The notes beneath the pieces were generated by a model, which worked only from the letters and a program-made list of their open reading frames with translations, searched no databases and had not been told where the DNA came from. The translations under genes and the position numbers were made by a program. A stretch of 64,000 nt of DNA from Hormiphora californensis. Its lineage: Eukaryota; Animalia; Ctenophora. The stretch covers positions 2,604,001 through 2,668,000 of the forward strand of contig CM035357.1 in NCBI GenBank assembly GCA_020137815.1. Reading direction: 5' to 3'. Numbering within the stretch: position 1 is the first letter of the stretch; every line of letters begins with the position of its first letter. This document shows positions 47,981 through 58,900 of the stretch, piece by piece.

Positions 47981-48972
47981 CGGTCCCTTACTCAAACATA
48001 TCTTTCATTGTTTCACAAAAGACTACCCTAACCAAGCCGACAGCGTGTGCGACATGTCAAATATATCCTTCCAACTCACTTATTCCGTCTCCCCCCTAAT
48101 ACTTGACTACAATCTCTCAGGGTATCCCCGTGGAGAATACAGATACGAAGAACAGGGGTAACAAGGGTGTCTCAAAATACTCGTGGTGCAAGAACCAGCT
48201 GCAGGAATACTTTGCAAAGATAGGTCAACCCAATCCCGCATACACCATCATCCAAACTGGCAGTAAGTTACAACCCAATCCCGCATACACCATCATCCAA
48301 ACTGGCAGTAAGTTACAACCCAATCCCGCATACACCATCATCCAAACTGGCAGTAAGTAACAATTCTACTTTTTAGTTGAAAGAGTGGTGTAAGTTACAA
48401 TTAGGACTAAACTTGTTATGTTCTAACCCTCCCTTTACGAAAAACAGTCTAACTTGGCAAGACTAAACTCCACCTTTAGAACTGGCGGTGAGAGAAAGGA
48501 TCATACATTATTGCCAAGTTAGACTGTTTTTCGTGCGCCCCGCGGGCGAAATACCTACCTACAAATGTAAAGGGAGGGTTAGAACATAACAACATACATT
48601 ATTCTTCTTTCTCTCACTACACCGCCAGTTCTACAATTCTAGTTGTAAGAGGGGTAGATCTTATACAACAAATTAATTGGGACTCAATTATATCAGGAAT
48701 CAGGGGGCTTACATACAATAATGGTATCCCGCACGTCATCATACATTTTGGAAAAAGTTATAAAGTCTACAATTATCTTAATTTTATAACGTGTAAGATT
48801 GAAACCGTTACAAATTTCACAATTATTCCAACTTTCAGAAACGTTTAAGGCGGAGATTACTCACGAGAGCTATTCGGAGAAGGTTTTGGGTGAAGCTGGG
48901 AGCAACAAGCGGATAGCTGAACAAATGGCGGCATACCAGGCCATTGCTGTGTGGGGTATTTTAGATGAATAA
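46236..48972 (+). CDS. Protein with an N-terminal coiled coil and two dsRNA-binding domains
   Basis: YKNLLQEHC..PSY..FSSV|ITVNEEQY..KSKVLAEKNAACIAL and KNQLQEYF..PAY..FKAEIT..SNKRIAEQMAAYQAI; GT-AG introns. Confidence 0.85.
48226..48357 (+). repeat. Three 45-bp tandem copies spanning an exon end and splice donor
   Basis: caacccaatcccgcatacaccatcatccaaactggca|gtaagtta x3. Confidence 0.95.
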
Positions 48973-49347
48973 GATGTTATAACATGTTATAACATTGTAG
49001 ACCCCCTATGTAGATAATATTAACCGTTTGGAGAAATAGTCATTATCATAAAACTATGGAATTGTTATTTGTTTTTTGAGTTGAATTATTTTAAGGGAAT
49101 TTGTGCGTACATGATCTTTATTTAGCTGTTGCAGTGCCATAAATTCTACCAATTGTACTTATACCACAGAATGTGAAACTATATCTGCCATTTCCTTTAT
49201 TTTGCTACTAACGTTCAATTTTTGCTTCAATTATAGACCATTCCCCCTAAAATATCTCTTAACTTCAGCTCTAGATCATGTAGAACCACCTTGCTGTATA
49301 TATCGAAAGGTGTATCCCACTGTGAGGGGGTCCTTCATCGAGATTAT

Positions 49348-50317
49348 ATGAGCACCCTGGCAAAGATTCGGGGTCTTTTCCGGGGTCTACATGGTGTAAC
49401 ATCACGTCATGGTGGCAAAGTAACATCACTTGGCAAAGTTACTTCCCCGGTCATCGCAACTCAACAGACAAGGTCGGGACATGGCTACCAACAAACAAGG
49501 TTGGGACATGGCTACCAACCGACAATTTTGGGACATGGCTACCAACAGAAAATGTTGGGACATGGCTACCAATCGACAAGGTTGGGACATGGCTACCAAC
49601 AAAAGAGGTGTCTAAGTGAAAAGAAGGTGGCTCCGGAGAAAGTAAAGATAAAGTTCATTGATCGGGATGGGGATCCTTATACTGTCAATGCTGTCGTTGG
49701 TAAGTTCCTGTCTTCCCACCGCCGTGAAAAAATGCAATCCGCTGCTAATATTGTCGAAAAAAGTGCTATATCATTATCTACCAACTAAACCCCTATCTGT
49801 CTTCCTCTCCTATACTAGAGTCTAGACTTCTCCCTACCACTTAACCCCTGTCTATGTTCCTATTCCTCCTAAAACCCCCTCCTCCTAAATCCCACTCCTC
49901 CTAAATCCCACTCCTCCTAAATCCCACTCCTCCTCCTAGGTGAGAGTCTGATGAAGACGGCACACAGGTACGATATTGATCTGGAGGGTGCGTGTGATGG
50001 AACCATTGCCTGCTGTACATGTCACCTTCTAATTCACCCAGACTGGTTTGACAAAATAGGTTTGTGAGGGGCACCGGGCAGTCTCTTTTCTTTTTTCTGC
50101 TTCAAAACTGTGAATTGTAAATCATTACCTAACTAACTAAGCTATTCCATCCTCACCCTCTTCTTTAGATTCGGAGCCGTGTGAGGACGAACTAGACATG
50201 TTGGATATGGCATTCGGGCTAACCGATACCTCGAGGCTGGGGTGTCAGGTGATTGTGAAGCCTGAACTAGAGGGAATGATAGTTCGGATACCTCCGTATG
50301 AACCTCAGTACACGTGA
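49348..50317 (+). CDS. Mitochondrial adrenodoxin-type 2Fe-2S ferredoxin (FDX1/FDX2 family)
   Basis: Three exons; motifs [44 protein letters not shown]; presequence contains GHGYQ repeats. Confidence 0.93.
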
Positions 50318-50369
50318 AACACTTGAAGTGTCACCATGGCAACCCTCAGTATATTTGAAACACCCCTTC

Positions 50370-50535
50370 CTGGAGTTGGGTACGATGTCCCCTCTCTTTT
50401 TGGGAAGTGGGTAGGAGAGAATCTTTTCTCTCTTTCACTCGCACCCATCCCTAACTAGACGTAGAATGCTCGACATCGTGAGAGAGGACAGCGCAGGAGG
50501 GAGGGAAATGAGGGGATATCATACCCAACCCCTCC
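50370..50535. mobile_element. MITE-like inverted repeat
   Basis: ggagttgggtacgatgtcccctc / gaggggatatcatacccaaccctcc. Confidence 0.6.
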
Positions 50536-50738
50536 TGTTGTGTATAAAAGAGATCTAGATCCGGTGGAGTAGTTCAAAGTGGTTTTGAACTTTTGAGGCT
50601 CAGTGAAAAGATAAAGTTATGTACGATGGGACTTCGTTTTTGGAGTTTTTTTTAAAGAATCTGGCCCTCTGTGTTGATTTAGGTTATTTTGTTAAGTAGA
50701 TCTGGTTTTGTACAACCTGATTGTTTCGACGTCATATT

Positions 50739-51562
50739 TACTGTCACCATGGCAACCCTCCCCCCTTACTGTCACCATGACAACCCCCTCCCCTTACTGT
50801 CACCATGGCAACCCCCTCCCCTAACTGTCACCATGGCAACCCTCCTCCTAGCTGTCACCATGGCAACTCTCCCCCTAACTGTCACCATGGCAACCCTCCC
50901 CTAACTGTCACCATGGCAACCCCCTAATAACTGTCACCATGGCAACCCTCACCCTAACTATCACCATGGTAACCCTTCCCCTAACTGTCACCATGGCAAC
51001 CATCCTCTAACTGTCACTATGGCAACCCTCCCCCTAACTGTCAATATGGTAACCCTCCCCTAACTGTCACCATGGCAACTCTCCCCTAACTATCACTATG
51101 GCAACCCTCCCCTAACTGTCACCATGGTAACCCTCCCCTAACTGTCACCATGGTAACCCTCCCCTAACTGTCACCATGGCAACCATCCTCTAACTGTCAC
51201 TATGGCAACCCTCCCCCTAACTGTCAATATGGCAACTCTCCCCTAACTATCACCTTGGCAACTCTCCCCTAACTATCACTATGGCAACCCTCCCCCTAAC
51301 TGTCACCATGGCAACCCTCCCCCTAACTGTCACCATGGTAACCCTCCCCTTACTGTCATCATGGTAACGCTCCCCTTACTGTCACCATGACAACCCTCCC
51401 CTAGCTGTCACCATGGCAACCCCCTACTAACTGTCACCATGACAACCATCCCTAACTGTCACCATAGTAACCCTCCCCTAACTGTCACCATGGCAACCCT
51501 CTCCCCTAACTGGCATCATGGCAACCCTCCCCTTACTGTCACCATGGCAACCCCCTAACTGT
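50739..51562. repeat. ~26-bp minisatellite of about 31 units, each with an RFX X-box-like motif
   Basis: Unit ctaactGTCACCATGGCAACcctccc. Confidence 0.95.
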
Positions 51563-51584
51563 ACATTCTTTCTATTATAGCTGC

Positions 51585-52882
51585 ATGTTTACCAGTAGTC
51601 TGCAACTGGCAAAGAGATGCCACCAGATATCACCACTCAGTGTGATGACGTCACACTTAATGACGTCACAAAGTCGCATATCAAACAGACACATTGAATG
51701 CCAGGGGATAAGGAGATGCAAGTCAACCTACGTTAGGGGGACTGATAGTGGTGCTGCTTTGCAGTTCTTGAAGAGGTATAATCAGGATAGCATGTCTTAT
51801 ACTCAGCTCCCATTGATTCCCAATGACTTACAGTGCCTTACATTGACTTAAAATGACTTACAATGACTTGGAGCATCACTGTTGATACTCGTGCGGCTCC
51901 CTTTAATTGAGTGGCTAAAACGCCGAGTGTAGAATCTACAGTGACTGCAGTAGATGGTCGATATCCTCTCTGATCAGATAAGCAAGTAAATGTTTTTTTT
52001 AGTTACCGGGAAAAGACGAAAGCTAAATTCGGTGGTTCAGAGAGAACAGTAAACAGTAAAGATCACTCACAAAACCAAACGGAAGGACAGGTAACAAACT
52101 CTAGCCAGCTACCTCTTGAAAACGAGGCAATTCCTTCAGTCGCCCTGTAACCGTTAGAATAAAAATATCTAACAATTCGAGCAATTCCCAGGTGAGATTT
52201 TAGAGGGTGCCGGAGTCCATTCAGAATCCCCCAGGCTCCCGGCCCGCTCGACGGTCGAGCCTCGACCCGATCCTTCTTGAACACAATGCAATTTTCAGGT
52301 TAGAAGAGTCCCGGAGTTTCTAAAACGAGCTATTCACTACCGGAAGCAGTCTTACCTGTGTCAGTAAGTCAAATAAATAGACCAGCCTGTCTTGACCAAT
52401 TGATAGCTAAAGATGTGAAACACAGTATTTTCTGTCAAATTATTATCCCACTTTTAGTCAAACCTAAACCCCCCCCCCCCCCCCAGCGAGGACTCAGGTA
52501 CGGGTGACCGAGTGCTGATCCAACTACGCCTCCATCCGCGGCAAGATACAGTCATCACACCCTGCGGAGATGGTGAGGTGTTGGATGTTCAGGGAAGGGG
52601 AGGACTGGTGTCAGTAATAGTTGGAGGTGATGCTGGGACCACCGCCTTTATTGTTGAGGTAGGTGGGGGTAAAAAAAGAAAAAGGAAAGAGGGCGCGAGG
52701 CGGAGCCGGGAGCGGCGGGCCATCCCCTTTTAAATCTCGTGCTCTCTGGTAAGTTTTTACGCTCTCTCTATCCTTCGCTCTATTTTCGTCTTTCCCCCTT
52801 ACCTGGGGGAAACCCTCTCTCTCTCTTCTCTCTCTCTCTCTACATCTCTCCTTCTGCTCTCTCCTCTCTCTCTCTCTGTCTG

Positions 52883-52933
<51 letters not shown>

Positions 52934-55900
52934 ATCCCTCCAACTCCACCCTCTCAGGAGGAAACAGGAAAGTTACTCAGGACTCTGAATGGTGTTCACC
53001 AGTTATCATGGTTGACAGATAACGCCCTAGTGTACACCTCTATAAACGAGAGGTTGCGTCCTGACACTGTCTGGATGGTAGGAGACATTGCGGGGAGTAG
53101 CAAACCAGGTATAATAATTCTTGCTTTCTTAGAAACTCGCTAGAGCCCCCCTCTTCCCGAGTAGTTTAATTTCTGGTACATCCCACGTTTTCGGACATCC
53201 CTGTGTACATGGGCCCCCTTTAGTGGCCCCCCGCTTTAGTGGTCCCCCCATTTAGTGGCGGATTTTTTTCCCCCATAAAAGGAAAATTAACATTTTTAAC
53301 CGATTTAGTGGCCCCCCGATTTGTGGCCCCCCGATTTGGGGCAGGTTTTTTCCCCCCCGGGGGAAACCCAAAATCGGGGCCCAAACTGTATTTCCCTGCC
53401 CCTTTCTAACCTAAGAAAAAAAGCTTCTTTTATTCCTCTCCGTTGTGTCTGGCTCACCCTTTTATTTCGCTTGTGATTTCCCTGCTCTTTAAAAACCCAT
53501 TGTTGCAATTTTTTCGCACAAGTGCTCGGTTTTTACATCGGTTTTTGTTTTTTATCTTCAGAATGAATGTCTTATTGACACGTAGGTTCGAATCCTACAG
53601 CAACCGATCACGCAATCTGACCCCCAAATTTTATGATTTTTTGCAATCTGACTCCCAGTGATCACACAATTACTCCTCCAAAATAAAAAACGTATTTTAC
53701 ATATAGGCGCTAAACGGTTTGCAGTCACCCCAAGGGCGCGGTTTACTACTAACTTTTTGAGGGTTTTTATAAATTGTGTCCCATCAAAAATTAAGTCTTG
53801 GTTCGAATCCAACAGAGTTATAGACACAGTTGTTCCAGCAACTCTCAATTACCGCCCATGCTACCTGACCCAACCTTTTGATAATTTTATGATCTTATGA
53901 CATTCGGGCTAATTAACGGCTGGGAAGTTAGTTATTGATCGGGCAGACTGCAGTGGTGCGGAAGTATGGGAAAATTGTACAATGTGGAAAAATTTTTAAA
54001 GCCCAGTTTTGCAAAATTGGTGCAAAGGGGCTGCGGGCCCTTAAAATGCTCTGCCCAAAGGGGTTCTCCCCAAATTTTCTCTGACAGTACGAAGGTAGCA
54101 GGTTCGAATCTTCCCGGCGGGGGAAGAGCAAAAATTTTTCTTTCTATCTCCGCTTTTTATTTTTTCCCCCAAATTTTAAAATCCCCCCCCGGGGGTTTAA
54201 AAATTTTTTTTAAAAAAAAAAAAAACCCCCCCCGGGGGCCCCCCCCCCCTTTTCCCCTTTTTTTGGGGGGGGAAAACCCCCCCACCCCCCCCCTTTTTTT
54301 CCCCTTTCCCCCCGGGGGCCCCCCCCTTTCACTTCTTTTCCCGGCTCTCTCTCTTCCCCTCGTCTCCCCCTTCCCCTTTCCTTTTTCCCTCTCTCCTCTT
54401 TTTAAAAGGTGAAAACCCCCCCAAGGGGAAAAACGGGGTACTAATGTAACTGTGAAAAAAGCCCAAAAATTCGTTTGTTTTAAGGGAAAACCCCAAAATT
54501 TTCACTCTAAAGGAAATTTCCCGAACCAACCCCCCCGGGTAACTAGGGGGAAACTGGGGTGAACCACGGGGAAACCCTTTTTGGGTTTTTGGAGTCTAAA
54601 CCCCTGAGATATAGAGCGGGGAGTGGAGGAAATATTGAGCCGAGACCCGATAGAAGAAAAAAATGAGTCTTAGTCTTTGTCCCGGATTTCGAGTTTTCTT
54701 TGGGATCATTGCCCCAAAAAAGGAAATAAAAAATTTGGACCCCAGAATACCCCTTTTTCTAAAAAAAGTTTCTAAAACTTTTTTCCCGGGTTTGCCCCTT
54801 TTTTTGACGTGTTTATTCTGCTTGATTTAAGTCTGCAGGGAAACTTTTTATTTGTTTGGGAACCCAAAATCAAATAAATTTTGGGATAAAGGGGGTTTTC
54901 AAAAAAATTTTTAAATTTTTGAAAATATTGGCCCCTCTTTAGTACCCAACAAGCCAAGTGTTTCCCTTTGGGGGTCATTTGGGGGAGGGGTCTGGGGAAA
55001 CCCAAACGAATCCCTGCAGTGTCGATACCCCAACTCGGCTCCAAACCACATCTAAAAGGGGTTACAGGCGGGAAAGTTGACATTTTTGTTTATGTTTAAA
55101 CCCCCAAAGGAGAAAACCTTTTTCCGTGATTTTTCCTCCATTTTCCCCCCTGTTTTTCCTGTAGTCGCGGAAGGGGGGTAGATGTCCAGGGATCCAAAAA
55201 TGGACTGGCACAGGGGTTTGGGGTGTTCCCGGGGGGCCCCCTTTGCAGGCACGCCGGAAACCAAACTTCGGAAAAGGTTCCATTCTCACGGCTGTGCAAG
55301 GTTGCGATGGCTGTCCCAAAGTTTCCATTCCAAACGACATTTTCCGGCATGTGGCCTCCTCCTGGGTTCCTGGCCAGTGTTATATCTACTAGATCCCACA
55401 CAGAGGAAGGAGGGATGTCGTTTGTGCAGGTCAAATGTAGTCCACTGTCTGCATCACACATTCCATCATCAACTGGGCTTGTAGAGCAGGATTCTAGGGA
55501 GGACGCGTTACGGGGGCAGCTTACATTTGTCAGTATCGGTTGGATATCATTATCCTTCATATAGGAACAATCCAACCGGTCGTCCTTAGAAACTTCGTAG
55601 TTGATCGCAATCGCTTCTGCAAACCGGAATCCTGCTTCCCTGCAAACCAAATCAGCAGAATGTCGATCCAAGTCTTTACCACACATCAGGCCTTTCTTCT
55701 GGGTGTACTGGTTTGTTAGGACGACAGTGCCTTTGGTTGAGTTTAACCCGTGTCCCGTTTCTATGGTTATCGTCGAGTTCCAAGGCCCTGGTGTGGGTGT
55801 GGGTGCTGGTGTGGGCGCTGGTGTGGGCGCTGGTGTGGGTGCTGGTGTGGGTGCTGGTGTGGGTGCTGGTGTGGGTGAGCTAGTCCTGCAGAACACTACA

Positions 55901-58900
55901 TCCCCTTTCTCCCAGTGATATGTGTTAGTAAAGGGTTTATCACCCACTTTACACTCTGAGAGATCCTTTGTACCTGCTGGGCAGTTTGCCCAGGTTAACG
56001 CAGATTGTAGTCCAATGAATGGTTCTGCTAGGCTTTCATTCCGTTTGTTTCCGTTTTCTCCATAATCCTCCGCCCCGAGAGGATAGCCTGCCTCTCTACA
56101 GAGGAAGTCTCCTGTGGAACTTTGCCCAGCACCGTAGTAAGACATCCTGCTTTTTAAGGATCCATCAGTGGTGTTCCTCATAGTGATGACCACTGTCCCG
56201 TAGCTCCCGCTAACAACTGTACTGCTTACGTTCCTCTTCAACTCAACTTTCTCCAGCTCCCAATCTGGGTTACACTTCAGCGCGACGGTGTCGTCGAGTG
56301 TGCAGTTCCCTCCATATTGGTGGTTACAATCAGAGAGGCTAGATGCATTTGGTGGGCAATTGGTGATCGTTATATTTCCTGGATAGGAATTCCACCAGCT
56401 GCTGCTTCCCCTAAATTGGTACTTTTCCTCAAGATCTCCATAGGTAGTGGACGTTCCTCCTTTCTGGAACCCTGCTCTGCGGCACAGGAAATTCGCCTCA
56501 TTATCGCCGAACCCCTCATGACAGACTCTTGTATCTGTGTTGTGTGAGTCGGAATCAACTCTCAACATAGGAACTCCAACATAGTTTCCGCCTCCATTAC
56601 CGCCCTTGTTAAACAACCGGATTAATCCAATTGTATCAGTTGTTGCTAGAGTAACCAGGGTAACCAGGAAGATCAACAGGAATAACCTCATCATGATGAC
56701 TGTAGTAGAGGGGCTCTTTAGTTGGTAACGTAGTAATAGTTAGAGTAACTAATATCATCCTTGCTTTTATAAGGAGCTTATGTGGTCATCTGACAGGGTG
56801 GGTTAGAAAATAGAAAACAAAGGAAGGTTGGTCATGTGACGAGGGGGGTAGAAAATAGAAAACAAAGGAAGGTTGGTCATGTGACGAGGGGGGTTAGAAA
56901 ACAAAGTAAGTTTACATTGTAAAATTTTGAGATATAATATAATTCTTTAGGTAGCACTGCTTGTACAACTTATAACACTGGGCAGTGTTATAAGTGAAAA
57001 CTTATAACACTGGGCAGTGTTATAAGTGAAAACTTATAACACTGCCCAGTTATACATGAAAACTTATAACACTGCTGCACTTCGAACTCCTTACTCCACT
57101 GTTTCTGTCACACTTAAAAACCGTTAGAAAGATAGGCATTTACGAACTCCCTCTCTCTCTTTCTTTATGTCACACTCTCAAGCCGTTGCAACACCGAGAT
57201 CAAGATAAAACTCACGAACTCCCAGACCCACACATTCTTTATCTCTCTCTCTCACTCTCGCTAATCTCTCACTCTCTTTACCTATAGATCTCAGGCGTTA
57301 TCTTATCTCTGTCTGCTACCTTATCATGAATTCGTTCTATTGTTACGCCCTAAACTGTCTCTCACTCTTGTTTTAAAAATTTTACAATGCAATTTTATTA
57401 TGTCTATTTTCGTTGTACCTGACGTCAACAATAATGTCCCAGATTCTTACACTTTTAGACCTCGCAGGCTCGGTCAAAAAGTAAAACTACATCACTCGCA
57501 GGCTCGTGAGGTAGTTAGACTTAGTGGCACTCGCAGGCTCGTGCACTAAAGTACAAGAATCTGCCTCGACCTGTGGTCTCGGATCATTATTGTTGTACTT
57601 ATAACACTCGACCTTCGGTCTCGTGTTATAAGTTTTCAGGTACAACTTATAGGCATAATAAAATCCTACAGAGTACACCTGTTAGAACAGTCAAAGAGAA
57701 TTTTTACTACAAAGTTAAATTGAGTTAACAGGTTGTTGACGAGTTACAAAGAACTTGTTACCCAGCAGTAAAACAACAAGTAGCTATGATCCCAGTTGGT
57801 GGAGGTGTTAATGAGTTTGTGAAGGAGCTCTCTGATCAGCTAGAGAAGCTAGGACAGTATAACTGCTCAGAGAACCTCCATAATCCATATAGCAGCTGCC
57901 CTTTTGTTTAACACAATGATTCGAAGACGGCTAATAATCATAATGCCTCCACACCCTCCTCCAACAACCTCGCTCTACATAAGACAATTAGTGACGTCAC
58001 ACGTGATGACGTCACACGTGATGACGTCACTATAATTATATATTCCGTTACAGGTCTGGGTGGTGGGAGTGGACGATTGTGTGAAATCTGGAACAATTAA
58101 TGGTCACCCCGTTTGCACGAGAGAACATGGTCAGTATCTAATAGTGTCTTGGATCATATATCATTGTTCATCGTTTATTTCGAGCTGGAGTAGAATTTTC
58201 TAACTATAATACACATATATCAATAGTCAGTTGGGAGCATGCTAATATTTTTAATATTAACTGCCACCCCCATGGGGTTTCATCGAATGGGGTACCATTC
58301 AGTTACTGAAACCCCATCACCTGAGTACTTAACAACATCATCATCATTGTTGGGTAACTCAACAATAACTCTACAATAACTCTACAATAACTCTACAATA
58401 ACTCTACAATAACTCTACAATAACTCTACAATAACATATCATCATCATCATCACCATCATCCTACAGGTATAAAGTGCTATGTTGAGCATCACAAGAGAA
58501 ACTTGATTGCCCTTGCCTCCACCCCTACCTCCAACAACCTCTCTCTACATTGGACTAGTGACGTCACAGATAATGACGTCACGAACAATGACGTCACAAA
58601 GTGGCATCACATTCCCAGTAATGATGTCATCCATGAGATTGAGGTGTTTGATGCTGGGATCGTGCTGCTCTGTACGGATACCCACAGTGGATGTTGGAAG
58701 GTAAATAATAATAAGTTACTGTAAAAGTTGTTATTTTTGCGGTGCATTTATTTATTTAATTAGTTAATAATCACTGCGCTGGCAAGGTAAAGGGCCTGTT
58801 CTGCATGGTGGGCGGACTCTAGTGCTAACGGACTCTAAACCCAAGGAGGACTCTATATCTAACCCTAACCTTTACACTAACCCCTAACCTCGAACCCAAA

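Noticed and set aside
50739-51562. CRISPR-like regular array (also 63041-63270)
   Set aside because: No unique spacers, no cas genes, eukaryotic context; these are minisatellites
53150-55300. ORFs in the second noisy block
   Set aside because: Low-quality sequence; frames unreliable
58856-58900. Telomeric (CCCTAA)n
   Set aside because: Only a few degenerate units inside an interspersed repeat; not a telomere
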